From: a virus
Reading direction: 5' to 3' (one strand)
Virus record (IMG/VR): IMGVR_UViG_3300020438_000012
Location: 1 to 64,000 of that record
Length of the DNA: 64,000 nucleotides
Below are positions 19,651 to 30,354 of the stretch, in pieces. Position 1 is the stretch's first letter; each line of letters starts with the position of its first letter. Under the pieces are notes generated by a model. That model made no database searches. It worked only from the letters and a program-made list of their open reading frames with translations, and was not told where the DNA came from. The translations under genes were made by a program, and so were the position numbers.

Positions 19651-20898
19651 ATGGCAACTACAAAAGAGCTAGCACCTTCTGACGTTACAACCAGAAGGTC
19701 AAACCTTCGCCAGCTTGTTGACGTAATTCAAGAAGATGTTTCAGGGTCCTCGACTAGAAAAACTTATCAACAGTTTATTACCGGCGGTTTAGGCCCTGGT
19801 GTAACATCTTCATTGTTTCAGACCGTTTTTGATCAAGACTTCTCTCTTCAGACAGCAAATGCAATCTTTGACATGACGATCGGGCTTCGTTCTGGATCAA
19901 CATTGATTGCGAATGCTTCTACTGGAGAGGATTCCGCCGGCAAAATTCTGTTTCCTTCAAACTCGGTAATGATGAGAGAGAAGATTGACAACTACTCTCA
20001 GTTTGCCCAGCTTCTTCTCGGCGATGCAACTAGCCAGTTCTTTGCACCGTTTGCTAGTACGACTGCTGCAGACGGAATTGACGAAGCTCTTTTCATCAAT
20101 TTCAGAAGACTGTTTGCAAGAGACAAAATCGCTCGTGAAACTTTTGCAATGCGTTTCTTCATGACTGGTGTCCTAGATGGATCTGCAAACGACGCCGCTG
20201 TTAACAAAGCTATAGTCCAGGGTCTAACTTCATCAAACCTAAATCGAACCACGACATCTGGGTCTGCAATCTTTACAGATGTAGGGTCTGCTGCAAACCA
20301 AATTCAGTCGTACGCCGGCGAAGTTGGAAACATTGTTGATAGCGCAGATACAACAAGAAAAGTTGGTCTAATGTTCTACGATCTTGGTATCGGCGTGTTT
20401 AACCTAGATCGAATCGTGATGAGCGATCAACACATGTCTGGTGTAATTGATTCGGTAACGGCTGCTAATGACGCTAGTGAAGGCGTTGGCAAAATGGTTC
20501 TCGGAAGCGCAACAGGTAATCCAGCTGCAAAATTTAGTCCAGATTTCCTTGTTTCCGGATCGATCGACAGTATTGTAAACCACATCGCGTCAACAAGGTT
20601 CTCTAGTAGCACAACCACAGCTATGACATTCCAGAACAACACGGAAATTAACTCAACACTAATTACATGTCGAGCTGGAGTCAACGACTTTAACTACTCT
20701 TCAAATTCAACGTTTACGGATGCGAACGGCCAGATTGTTGTTCTAACTCCGAACACTGAGGAGAAGTCATTCTCTTTCATTACGACTGTCGGACTTTACG
20801 ATGCAAACAACCGACTGCTTGCTGTTGCAAAGTTAAGTCGACCGGTCGAAAAGAACGACACGAGGGAGCTAGCATTCAGGGTTCGCCTCGACTTCTAG
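19651..20898 (+). CDS. baseplate/tail structural protein
   Basis: C-terminal FITTVGLYDANNRLLAVAKLSRPVEK...FRVRLDF motif. Confidence 0.6.
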   Translation: MATTKELAPSDVTTRRSNLRQLVDVIQEDVSGSSTRKTYQQFITGGLGPGVTSSLFQTVFDQDFSLQTANAIFDMTIGLRSGSTLIANASTGEDSAGKILFPSNSVMMREKIDNYSQFAQLLLGDATSQFFAPFASTTAADGIDEALFINFRRLFARDKIARETFAMRFFMTGVLDGSANDAAVNKAIVQGLTSSNLNRTTTSGSAIFTDVGSAANQIQSYAGEVGNIVDSADTTRKVGLMFYDLGIGVFNLDRIVMSDQHMSGVIDSVTAANDASEGVGKMVLGSATGNPAAKFSPDFLVSGSIDSIVNHIASTRFSSSTTTAMTFQNNTEINSTLITCRAGVNDFNYSSNSTFTDANGQIVVLTPNTEEKSFSFITTVGLYDANNRLLAVAKLSRPVEKNDTRELAFRVRLDF

Positions 20899-20907
20899 GG
20901 GTGACTT

Positions 20908-23508
20908 TTGGCAATCATAAAATTCGATCGCCAGTTTGATTTTTCAAACCGGTTTGTCCTTCACCCGAGCCGATCTTTTTCGACCGGGGCAGGAGGATCG
21001 ACGGGCTCTGTTCGCCTCACGCAATTCAAACAAGGTATCCGAAAAGACATTGAATTGCGTAACACTGAGGTTGGCGGTACTTCCGCAGTCGTTGAAGACG
21101 ATCCTGTGCACTTCTATAACGAAGCAATTAACGGTGGTAACTCGAGCGACATAACGTTACAGTTTCTCAGCAAAATATCTGATATTCCTACGTATCCAAC
21201 TGACCTAAAGTCTTTTGAAGTTGAAAGATTTACTCCGCATCTAGCAACAGTAACTCTTGATGATTCATCTGGCGCGCCGATCCAATTATCAATAGCCTCG
21301 ACTGGATCATATAGGAAAAACATTGTTAGAAAGTCAATGTACGAGCGAAACGCCGGAACATTTCGAAAGTGCGACTGGGCATACTCTAATGCACACAGCG
21401 TCAACTTTTTCACAGATCCAGATACATCTGTTTCAACAAATCCTCAGCAGCACGCCGTAATATATCCAGACCCGACAGGTTCAGACGGCTCTGCTTTTTA
21501 TAGACCGGACGCTGGATTTACTTTCGAGTTCTACATAAACCCTAGATATACGACAAAAAATAGCAGCACAGCTTTTGATGCCGGAACAATTCTTCACTAT
21601 TCCAGTGCTTATGCACTTAGTCTTGTTTCGGGGTCAAGTACCGATACACAGGGTCGACCAGATGGTTTTAGGCTTCTTCTGCAACTGAGCTCGAGTGCCG
21701 AGTTACCTCCTAACGAAGTTCCTTTAGCCGCTCCTCCTGCCGGTAGTCCGATGATCTATTCCAGTAGTGATAATTCGCTGACTAAAGGCAAGTGGCATCA
21801 CGTTGCTGTAAGGTGGGGTGGATTAGACGTTCTGGGTTCAACCGGAAGTTTTGTTATCGATGGCTTAGTTGATTCAACGTTTGTCATTCCAAGTGCATCA
21901 ATTACCGCCCCTCCAGGCCAAACTAGCTACGCGGGCTTTAACGCAGGAACCGACGATGCAAATGCACTCTTCATCGGAAATTTTGTTCGAGATGCCAACT
22001 CTTCGGCTTCTGGTATCAAGAATTTCTTTAACAGCAACGCAGCTTCTGACGAGGGCCTCATAACTTGGCCAAATGCGGGAATCGGAACAACAGATCCCGC
22101 GAATACATTGAAAAACAAGTTAAATGCTGAAATTCATGAAGTGAGAATTTTTAAGGAACACAGGGATATTGAGCAAATCAAGAAACATATGAACGCTGGA
22201 TTTGGGCAGGCTCAGCTTGAAACAGAAAAGTCGGGATCTCTTGCCTTCTACCTTCCTCCTATGTTTGTAGTAGAAAGCCGTAGTAAGAAATCTTTCGTAA
22301 GGCCTTTCAATCTTCAGACTAGTGCAAGGCCTTTATTTACCCCGTTTAACGTTACCGCATCATTTTCTAGTGAAATGTTCTCACTTAATGCTCCAAACTT
22401 TTTTAGAGATTTTTCAAACAATCGATATCCAAGATTCTTTAATCTTACCGGCTCTACTTCTTTTACCGCCACCGACAGTCAGCCATCAAATCAACAAATT
22501 CTTCAAGATCCTCAAATAACGGCAAGAAACTTTCTAATCATGCCAAATGATAATGGATCCTTCAGTCCGGACTATACGCTTCTTCTAACCGGAACGTTTA
22601 GCCAACTTCCTACGACCTCGAGTCTACTAAGAAGGTTTGTCAATGATCGAGAGGTTACAGATCTTTCAATTATATCTTTAAACAGAATGCTTGGAGGCAA
22701 AGCGCCAGTAAAATCTGGCAGACTGCCAAATGACAATCTTCGTGAGCCCGAATATGTTGAGGAGCACCAGTCTTTTTACAATGATCAAAAATTTGATTCA
22801 AGCTCCGAAACGGCTGCATCTAGAATAGAGACTGAGCGAATTGTTGCGCCACCATTTAATTTAAATGTCAGACTTAGGCCAAATGCATCGAGGAGAAACT
22901 CCCCGAGTTCACCTTCAGCTGGCGGGTTTGATCAGAAAACATTCTATGTTTTTGAAACAACGGGAGATGAATCTTCGAACCAAGCGGTCTTCTTCAATAT
23001 TCCAAACATTTTCTATGGCAAGAGGATAAAGCCGGGAACGCTGACGCTTAAAGACTCCGGTATGACAGGGAGTTACGGCAAGGTTTCGATGACACTTAAG
23101 GACGACGGTTTTGGAAGTCTCTATCGATCAGATTCTCAAAATCCAAACAAACTGCATTCTGTTGGTAATGTTTTCTATGAAGACGGCATTGTTGCCGTTA
23201 AGTCTCCTCACCTGTTTTCTTTCGGGTCAGGGAGCTTTGAGATTGGATTTGAAGGAACTCAAGAAATATTCAATCGCGAAATGTATATTGAAGCTCCTGA
23301 AGGTCTGGTTAATTCATCATCAAATGCAACGTTTGAAAAGCTTGCGCCAACAGATGATGCAAATGAAACCGCTAATGAGTTTGTATACATCACACAAGTT
23401 TTACTACACGACAAAGATTTGAATGTGGTTGGAAGAGCAACTGTTTCTCAGCCGATTAAAAAGAGGCCAACCGATTCTATCACATTTAAACTGAAGAAGG
23501 ACTATTGA
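20908..23508 (+). CDS. structural protein with LamG-like domain; C-terminus paralogous to 19651..20898
   Basis: FTFEFYINP, GKWHHVAVRW, EIHEVRIF (LamG-like); C-terminal YITQVLLHDKDLNVVGRATVSQPIKK...FKLKKDY; TTG start. Confidence 0.65.
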   Translation: MAIIKFDRQFDFSNRFVLHPSRSFSTGAGGSTGSVRLTQFKQGIRKDIELRNTEVGGTSAVVEDDPVHFYNEAINGGNSSDITLQFLSKISDIPTYPTDLKSFEVERFTPHLATVTLDDSSGAPIQLSIASTGSYRKNIVRKSMYERNAGTFRKCDWAYSNAHSVNFFTDPDTSVSTNPQQHAVIYPDPTGSDGSAFYRPDAGFTFEFYINPRYTTKNSSTAFDAGTILHYSSAYALSLVSGSSTDTQGRPDGFRLLLQLSSSAELPPNEVPLAAPPAGSPMIYSSSDNSLTKGKWHHVAVRWGGLDVLGSTGSFVIDGLVDSTFVIPSASITAPPGQTSYAGFNAGTDDANALFIGNFVRDANSSASGIKNFFNSNAASDEGLITWPNAGIGTTDPANTLKNKLNAEIHEVRIFKEHRDIEQIKKHMNAGFGQAQLETEKSGSLAFYLPPMFVVESRSKKSFVRPFNLQTSARPLFTPFNVTASFSSEMFSLNAPNFFRDFSNNRYPRFFNLTGSTSFTATDSQPSNQQILQDPQITARNFLIMPNDNGSFSPDYTLLLTGTFSQLPTTSSLLRRFVNDREVTDLSIISLNRMLGGKAPVKSGRLPNDNLREPEYVEEHQSFYNDQKFDSSSETAASRIETERIVAPPFNLNVRLRPNASRRNSPSSPSAGGFDQKTFYVFETTGDESSNQAVFFNIPNIFYGKRIKPGTLTLKDSGMTGSYGKVSMTLKDDGFGSLYRSDSQNPNKLHSVGNVFYEDGIVAVKSPHLFSFGSGSFEIGFEGTQEIFNREMYIEAPEGLVNSSSNATFEKLAPTDDANETANEFVYITQVLLHDKDLNVVGRATVSQPIKKRPTDSITFKLKKDY

Positions 23509-24065
23509 TTTTAGCGTTAGATATTTCAACCTCCATTACAGGTTATTCAGTTGTAAGCAAAGACGGGAAAATCCAAGCATCTGGTTATGTGGATCTTAGA
23601 AAAAAGAAAAGCTTTGTTGAAAAAGTTTCGCACGCAAAGAATGAGATCATCATGAACTGCGTTGGGTATGATATCGAGGTCGTTGCCGTTGAAAAAAACC
23701 TGCAAGCTTTTAGAAGAGGGTTTTCATCTGCTGCAACAATTGATGCGCTGGCAAGAATGAACGGAGCTCTTTCATATGCTTGTGCCTCGTTTTATGACAC
23801 CCCTCTCAAAAACATTGATGTCAATGAAGCCAGAAAAAAAATGAGCATCAAGATCTATAAAGAAAAGCTGTGCGGAATAAACAAGAAGGAGCAAGTTAAG
23901 AGAGCTCTTGACAGCATCCTGGAAGCTTCCGGACAAAAGATTGTGTGGTCCAAGAAGGTTTTAAAGGGCGGCCCCAGAAAAGGTCAAGAGGTTCTAGCGG
24001 ACGGAGTATATGATGAGGTTGACGCAATTGTTATTGGGCTAGCATATCTGAAAATTGCCGACTAA
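23505..24065 (+). CDS. RuvC-like Holliday junction resolvase
   Basis: ILALDISTSITGYSV, VAVE and DEVDAIVIG carry the RNase H-fold acidic catalytic residues. Confidence 0.8.
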   Translation: MILALDISTSITGYSVVSKDGKIQASGYVDLRKKKSFVEKVSHAKNEIIMNCVGYDIEVVAVEKNLQAFRRGFSSAATIDALARMNGALSYACASFYDTPLKNIDVNEARKKMSIKIYKEKLCGINKKEQVKRALDSILEASGQKIVWSKKVLKGGPRKGQEVLADGVYDEVDAIVIGLAYLKIAD

Positions 24066-24082
24066 CTGCGTTATATTCGTAC

Positions 24083-25048
24083 ATGGCAAGCTTAAGTGAA
24101 AGACTACAGCTGTTGCAGAGAGCGTTTGGCAGATGCGTCTTGGGAAAAGACGGCGTCAATGCTGCGCTTCGATGCGTAAATCCTGAATGCAGCTCTAGGC
24201 TTAGTGCATCAAAGCTTAAGCTTATTATAAGGCTTGATACGGAGCAATATCACTGTTGGGTTTGCGGAATGAAGGGAGGAAAAGTTTATCCCCTTTTTGC
24301 AAAGTACGCACCTTCCTACGCCCAAGACGCAAAAGGGCTTTTTAGAGGACCTTCATCTACTGTTGAAGAAAAGAAAAAAGATATAGTCAAGCTGCCAAAA
24401 GGATTTCAGCTTCTAGCTATGTCAAAGGCAGATCGAGACCCGGATATTCGAGCGGTATTCAAGTATCTTCACAGCAGAGGGATTGACGATTGTGATCTGT
24501 GGAGAATGAGGCTTGGGGCAGTAAAAACAGGAAAACTTCGGCGTCGCGTCATCTTTCCATCGCTAAATTCAGAAGGCGAATTAAATTATTGGGTTTCACG
24601 GGCTGTTGACAAGGAAGTAAAGTTTAAGTACTTTAATTCAAAAGCTCAGAAAAAAGACATTGTCTTTAACGAGTGCGATATAAATTTTAGCGAACAGGTT
24701 ACAATTGTTGAGGGCCCGTTTGATCTTATCAGGTGTGATCGTAACGCAACATGTTTGCTAGGCTCGAGTCTATCAAAAGGTCATGAGTTATTTAAACGAC
24801 TAATGCTTCACAGGACGTCTGTCTTACTTGCTCTTGACTCTGACATGGTTGACAAAACTCACAAGATAGCATCTTTGTTATATTCGGCCGGCTGCGACGT
24901 GTCTATCATGCCACTGGGTAGGTTTGGGGATGTCGGAGAAATGTCAAAGCAAGAATTTATGCAACAAAAAACAAAGGCTTCCCTGTGGAATCCTATGAGC
25001 TCTCTGAGCAACAAAATTTCATCTATTAAGAGTGGGTCTATTTTATGA
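24083..25048 (+). CDS. DnaG-type DNA primase
   Basis: Zn-binding C..C/HCWVC N-terminus, RVIFPS, TOPRIM IVEGPFD and LALDSD. Confidence 0.85.
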   Translation: MASLSERLQLLQRAFGRCVLGKDGVNAALRCVNPECSSRLSASKLKLIIRLDTEQYHCWVCGMKGGKVYPLFAKYAPSYAQDAKGLFRGPSSTVEEKKKDIVKLPKGFQLLAMSKADRDPDIRAVFKYLHSRGIDDCDLWRMRLGAVKTGKLRRRVIFPSLNSEGELNYWVSRAVDKEVKFKYFNSKAQKKDIVFNECDINFSEQVTIVEGPFDLIRCDRNATCLLGSSLSKGHELFKRLMLHRTSVLLALDSDMVDKTHKIASLLYSAGCDVSIMPLGRFGDVGEMSKQEFMQQKTKASLWNPMSSLSNKISSIKSGSIL

Positions 25049-28000
25049 GTTTTCGCTGTGCACACATTGCAGATATTCACTTTAGAGGCCTTTCAAGGCA
25101 CGATCAATATCGTGCGGTCTTTCAAAAGTTTTTTGATCAAATGCAACAAGAAAAGCCTGATGTAATTTTTGTCGGTGGAGACATTGTTCATAGTAAGACG
25201 CAAGGCATTTCACCAGAACTTATCGATGTTTTGAACTGGTGGTTTCGAGGTCTTTCAGAAAGTGCAAAAGAAGTTCATGTTATTTTAGGAAACCATGACG
25301 GGCTTATTCTAAACAATGAACGACAAGACGCAATTTCTCCAATTGTGTCAGCTCTAGAGCTTGACAACGTTTATCTGCACAAAAAGTCTGGAACCTATAA
25401 GACTTGCGTTCCAGGTTACAACTTCTGCGTTTTTTCCTGTTTCGATGAAGATGGTTGGAAAAATGTGAAGCCGATTCCCGGCGAGGTTAATATTGCTTGC
25501 TACCATGGCTGTGTCGTAGGATCATTAACCGACATCGACTGGGAACTTGATGGTGAAGTTGAGGCTAGCTTTTTTGATGCTTTTGATTTTGCGTTTCTTG
25601 GCGACATTCACAGATGGCAATTCCTGGGTAACGACGATCGCATTGCCTACTGCGGCTCTACAATTCAGCAAAACTTTGGTGAGAGTATTGAGAAAGGGTA
25701 TCTGTTTTGGCACATCGTCGACCGAAATCGGTTTGACGTCAATTTCAGGGCTTTAGAAAACCCAACGCCTTTTGTCACAATCGACTGGGCAGGAACTGCT
25801 CAAGAAACCTTGGATAACATCGATATTCCATACGGATCTAGAATCAGAGTGCAAAGCAAGCGACCGATCGAACAAACTAGCTGGTCACACTTAAAAAGTT
25901 ATCTCAAAGAAAGTTACGGCGCAAAGGAATTAGTGTATGATCTCCGCCGCGAGGAAAGAAAAAAGATAAAAGAAGTAACCGTAAAATCGGGAAGTGAAGA
26001 CTATAGAGACTTTTCTGTTCTTAACAAGTATTACCATAAGTGGTTCAAGTCTTTAGAGCTTACCGATGAAGAGATCGAATCTGCCACCCAGTATCTTAAG
26101 AAGGTATTCGATGCTTTGCCTCCACCTGATGGGCTTAGGAATGTTAGGTGGACAGTTGATTCACTAGAGTTTGACAACGCGTATGCTTACGGAAAAGGAA
26201 ACAGGATTGACTTTGAATCCCTGAGAGGTCTTGTTGGGATTTTTGGAAAGAATAGGGCAGGAAAGTCTTCGATCCCCGGAACCCTTATGTACACTTTATT
26301 TAACGGATCCGATCGCGGCTCTTTAAAGAATATTCACATTGTCAATGTTCGAAAAAGCTATTGTAAGGCATCTGCAGATATTTCAGTAAACGGGTATCGG
26401 TATCGCATTGAAAGACAAACCACTAAGCGTTCAAACAGGAAGGGCATTGTCAGTGCTGCAACACACCTAAACATGTTTGAAATCGATGCTGCTGGAAATA
26501 TCATTAAGGACATGACGGATGAACAAAGAAGGGAAACCGAGAAGCATGTTCGTAAGCTAATTGGAACAGGCGAAAATTTCCTGATGACTACATTTGCATC
26601 TCAGGGCGCAATGAACAACTTTATCAAGGAGAGAGCGACAAACCGAAAGTCGGTTCTAACATCCTTCCTTGACTTTGGAGTTTTTGAAGAAATAAGCAAG
26701 TCCGCAAGATCCGATATGGGTTCCCTAAAAGCAAGACTTTCAGACGTTCAGAGGAGAGATTTTGTATCGATTGAACAAGAAAAATCGCTAGATCTAACGA
26801 GAGCTCAGAAAAACTTAGATCTTTTGACAGAGGGCCTTGAAAAAAACAACGAAAAGCTTGACGAAATCCAAGACAAACTTGCACAGCTGCCGTCCGATTC
26901 AGTTGTTCAGTCTGACATCGATGCTCAGCAGAATAAAATCACGGCCGCTCAGAAAGAGATAGCTAGACTCGAATCTGAAAAGGAAGATTTTCTTCAACAA
27001 TGGAGAGATAAGAAAGAAAAGATCGACTACTTGAAAGAAGTGGTTAGTGGCACCGCCGTTGATCAACTGAGTCAAGACGTTGAAAAGGCAAAAAAGATTA
27101 CTTCAGAGCTTGAAAAACTGCGAAGAAATATGTCTCTGATTGAAAAAAAGGTCAAGTCATTAAGCGACCCAGAGTTCTTAAAAGGCTGCAAGTGTCTACG
27201 GGAAGCCGAAGGTGCACTTGAGAAAAAGCCTGGTGTTGAAAGCAGAATTGAGGTTCTACAGACAACCTACGGCATGTTGGACATTGATTCAGTTAACGAA
27301 AGGCTCGGTAAAATCAAGAAGATAAACCAGACTATCGATACCATCGAAAGAGAGTTGAAGTCGAGTGTTTCTATGTCTTCAATCTACGATGAGAAGATCA
27401 CCGTTGCAACAGAAAGATTTCAGATAAACGAAACCAAGCTTTCAAAAATGCAAATGCATTTAACCGATGCCCCTGTTGACGAGATGCTTTCTAATTTAAA
27501 GAAGCAGAAAAGAGAATTAGAGAAGTTGATTAGAGGCGACGACGGTAAAAGAATTTCTGCCGCAAAGACTATTGGGATGATTCAGACACAGATTAAGAAA
27601 CTCCAAGAAGAAAGAAAAAAGTTTCAAGAACTAAATGGAGAATGGAAGATTGCAGAAGTTGTTGCAGAAGCTTCTTCCAAGAAGGGTATTCCTCTACAGA
27701 TCCTTAACGGAAAGCTTCCACAGGTAAATGAGGAAATTGCTCAAATCCTACAAGGGACTACTGGATTTACAGTTGAGCTGGAAGCTGATTCTGAGTCAAA
27801 TGCAATGGACATCTATATCAACTACGGAGATAGTAGGAGAATCATCGAATGTGCTTCTGGAATGGAAAAAATGATGGCTTCACTTGCAATCAGAGTTGCA
27901 TTAATGAACTTGACTGCACTTCCTCGCTGTGATCTCCTAATCATCGACGAGGGGTTTGGGGCTTTGGATGAAACAAACGTTGAAGCTTGTTCTGCTTTAC

Positions 28001-28131
28001 TTCACGGTTTAACAAAGTACTTTAAAACGATTTTGATTATCTCACATGTCGACGCAGTCAAGGATTCTGTTGACAATGTGCTATCAATTTCTAAGAAAGG
28101 ACAAGACTCATATGTCAACACAGACCGATAG
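25045..28131 (+). CDS. fused Mre11/SbcD nuclease + Rad50/SbcC ATPase (T4 gp47-gp46-like recombination nuclease)
   Basis: Phosphoesterase motifs HIADIH, GGDIVH, GNHD, LGDIH; Walker A GKNRAGKSS; coiled coil; signature ASGMEK; Walker B/D-loop LLIIDEGFGALD; H-loop ISH. Confidence 0.92.
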   Translation: MSFRCAHIADIHFRGLSRHDQYRAVFQKFFDQMQQEKPDVIFVGGDIVHSKTQGISPELIDVLNWWFRGLSESAKEVHVILGNHDGLILNNERQDAISPIVSALELDNVYLHKKSGTYKTCVPGYNFCVFSCFDEDGWKNVKPIPGEVNIACYHGCVVGSLTDIDWELDGEVEASFFDAFDFAFLGDIHRWQFLGNDDRIAYCGSTIQQNFGESIEKGYLFWHIVDRNRFDVNFRALENPTPFVTIDWAGTAQETLDNIDIPYGSRIRVQSKRPIEQTSWSHLKSYLKESYGAKELVYDLRREERKKIKEVTVKSGSEDYRDFSVLNKYYHKWFKSLELTDEEIESATQYLKKVFDALPPPDGLRNVRWTVDSLEFDNAYAYGKGNRIDFESLRGLVGIFGKNRAGKSSIPGTLMYTLFNGSDRGSLKNIHIVNVRKSYCKASADISVNGYRYRIERQTTKRSNRKGIVSAATHLNMFEIDAAGNIIKDMTDEQRRETEKHVRKLIGTGENFLMTTFASQGAMNNFIKERATNRKSVLTSFLDFGVFEEISKSARSDMGSLKARLSDVQRRDFVSIEQEKSLDLTRAQKNLDLLTEGLEKNNEKLDEIQDKLAQLPSDSVVQSDIDAQQNKITAAQKEIARLESEKEDFLQQWRDKKEKIDYLKEVVSGTAVDQLSQDVEKAKKITSELEKLRRNMSLIEKKVKSLSDPEFLKGCKCLREAEGALEKKPGVESRIEVLQTTYGMLDIDSVNERLGKIKKINQTIDTIERELKSSVSMSSIYDEKITVATERFQINETKLSKMQMHLTDAPVDEMLSNLKKQKRELEKLIRGDDGKRISAAKTIGMIQTQIKKLQEERKKFQELNGEWKIAEVVAEASSKKGIPLQILNGKLPQVNEEIAQILQGTTGFTVELEADSESNAMDIYINYGDSRRIIECASGMEKMMASLAIRVALMNLTALPRCDLLIIDEGFGALDETNVEACSALLHGLTKYFKTILIISHVDAVKDSVDNVLSISKKGQDSYVNTDR

Positions 28132-28354
28132 GGCAACTGTTCCTGATGCATGTCCATTATGCGATACTTTACTAAGAACATCTGAAGTTGATACTTATAC
28201 TGAGTTTGGGGTATGCACTAACTGTGATATGTCTTTTCGACAACCTAGAATGAAAGATTGGAATTGTGGCTGGAGACCTTCACAGGAGCAAGTTGACAAC
28301 ATGCTAAAGTCTCTTAGAAAACAACCGTTTTTCTATAATCGCAACATTATTTAG
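28112..28354 (+). CDS. small CxxC-CxxC zinc-finger protein
   Basis: CPLC...CTNC; likely start ATG 28112 after AAGGA. Confidence 0.6.
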   Translation: MSTQTDRATVPDACPLCDTLLRTSEVDTYTEFGVCTNCDMSFRQPRMKDWNCGWRPSQEQVDNMLKSLRKQPFFYNRNII

Positions 28355-28370
28355 ATTGAGAGGTAAAAAA

Positions 28371-28739
28371 ATGCTTTGTGTTAAAGGACTGCGAGCGCTT
28401 TCGCAAGAACTTGATTACACTTTTGGCGGTTCAAATGGCGACTACAAAGTTTCTTATGACATTACTGAAGGAAGCTTCAAATTAAGATATAAGTCAATCT
28501 TTCAGTTTGCCGATAATCAAACGCTCAGACTACAAACTGATCGCTTAAACCAAACATCAGAAGACATGCTTAAAGAAGCTATGCGTCGAGGAAAGAGCGC
28601 TTACAATGATGCTTCTGAAGAAAGTTTGTCTACCAAGCTTGTTGGAGACAATGACGACGTTCAGTTGGTTGGAACAACCATTTACTCTCCTCGTAGGACC
28701 GCTTACTACACAAGGGTCATGACGTATAAGCTTGATTGA
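28371..28739 (+). CDS. hypothetical protein upstream of terminase
   Basis: GAGGT SD before ATG 28371; stop overlaps the terminase start. Confidence 0.55.
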   Translation: MLCVKGLRALSQELDYTFGGSNGDYKVSYDITEGSFKLRYKSIFQFADNQTLRLQTDRLNQTSEDMLKEAMRRGKSAYNDASEESLSTKLVGDNDDVQLVGTTIYSPRRTAYYTRVMTYKLD

Positions 28740-30343
28740 TGGCGCCGCGATCTAAACAGCGACAAATCAAGGAAATCGTAAAGTGCGGAAAGGAGCCTGT
28801 TTATTTCTTCAATCGTTATGTGAAGATTCAGCATCCTAACCGCGGCCTTATTGATTTTAAGACCTACGATTTTCAGGATGATTGTACGAAGGAATTTAAC
28901 GACCATCGCTTTAATATCGTCTTGAAGTCTAGGCAACTTGGTTTATCAACCCTTGTTGCAGCTTATGCTGCATGGCTAGCGGTGTTCTACAAAGACAAGA
29001 ATATCCTAGTCATTGCAACAAAGTTGGCTGTTGCTCAGAACTTTATCAGGAAAGTCAAGACTGTTATTCGTAACATGCCACCTTGGCTTTTAATTCCTGC
29101 AATAGTTGAGAACAACAAACAAAGTATCTTGTTCTCGAATGGAAGTCAAATTAAAGCAGTCCCTACGTCGGAAGATGCCGGTCGTTCCGAGGCCCTGTCT
29201 CTCTTGATTGTAGATGAGGCTGCTTTTGTTAGAAACTTTGACGAAGTTTGGAGAGGCCTGTATTCAACGCTTTCTACCGGTGGACGTGCAATTATCTTAA
29301 GCACACCAAATGGCGTTGGTAACATGTATCATAAATTGTACATCGACGCCGAAGCAGGGGTCAATCAGTTTAACGCCATTAAGCTTCTTTGGGACGTTCA
29401 TCCGGACAGAGGCGATAGTTGGTTTGAAGAAGAATGCAGGAACATGACCAAAATGCAAATTGCACAAGAATTAATGTGTGACTTTGCAGCTAGTGGAAAT
29501 ACGTTCCTAGAAAATTCAGACATTGAGTATTTGAGATCCTCGGTTCGACAACCAATAGAGAAATGGGGTCCGCAAGCTGGGGTTTGGTTGTGGAAATATC
29601 CAAAGCCTGGAACCAAATATGTTATTTCTGCAGATGTTGCAAGAGGAGACGGCGCAGACTTTAGTGCGTTTACAGTAATCGATACTAGCGAAAGTGAAAT
29701 TGTCTGCGAGTTTAAAGGCAAAAGTCCTCCCGACGAGTTTGCTTTGGTTCTTGCAGAAGCAGGAAGAAAATACAACGATGCATTACTCTGTCCAGAAAAC
29801 AATTCTTATGGTTATGCGTTAATCATGAAGCTCGTAGAGCTAGGTTACGAAAACATGTACTATGTCAACCCTAAACATAAGTTCGCTGCATCATATGGCT
29901 CGACAGACATATCAAAAATAGGCTTTGCAACAAACTCTAAAACAAGGAATCAAATTCTCACAAAACTTGAAGAAGTTCTTAGAAGGCACGAAATAAAGTC
30001 ATATTCATCTCGACTTTACGAAGAACTAAAAACATTTATTTGGAAGAATGGAAAGCTTCAAGCGCAGAAAGGGAAAAACGATGATTTAGTTATGTCGTTA
30101 GCAATAGGCGTGTGGCTTTACGATACCTCGCCGGCTCTGACACAGCAAGGCCAAAAAATGGCCGATGCAATGCTTGCAGCATTTGCGGTAAACTCAGCAC
30201 CACAAGAAAAGGATACGAGCCCTTTCTTTAACGATCGTGTGAAATCTAGGTATTATGACATATCAAGACCTATACTTACTAGTCAGGACCTTGCTCCTAA
30301 AAGCGAATCAACGATTCCTGATTACTGGTGGTTATTTAAATAA
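28739..30343 (+). CDS. terL: terminase large subunit (T4 gp17-like)
   Basis: Walker A KSRQLGLST, Walker B LLIVDEAAF, coupling motif LSTPNG, nuclease ISADVARG and DDLVMSLA. Confidence 0.95.
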   Translation: MAPRSKQRQIKEIVKCGKEPVYFFNRYVKIQHPNRGLIDFKTYDFQDDCTKEFNDHRFNIVLKSRQLGLSTLVAAYAAWLAVFYKDKNILVIATKLAVAQNFIRKVKTVIRNMPPWLLIPAIVENNKQSILFSNGSQIKAVPTSEDAGRSEALSLLIVDEAAFVRNFDEVWRGLYSTLSTGGRAIILSTPNGVGNMYHKLYIDAEAGVNQFNAIKLLWDVHPDRGDSWFEEECRNMTKMQIAQELMCDFAASGNTFLENSDIEYLRSSVRQPIEKWGPQAGVWLWKYPKPGTKYVISADVARGDGADFSAFTVIDTSESEIVCEFKGKSPPDEFALVLAEAGRKYNDALLCPENNSYGYALIMKLVELGYENMYYVNPKHKFAASYGSTDISKIGFATNSKTRNQILTKLEEVLRRHEIKSYSSRLYEELKTFIWKNGKLQAQKGKNDDLVMSLAIGVWLYDTSPALTQQGQKMADAMLAAFAVNSAPQEKDTSPFFNDRVKSRYYDISRPILTSQDLAPKSESTIPDYWWLFK

Positions 30344-30354
30344 GAGGGTAAAGA

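Noticed and set aside
28371-28739. Small terminase subunit
   Set aside because: Only the position supports it; I see no recognisable motif, so it is left as hypothetical.
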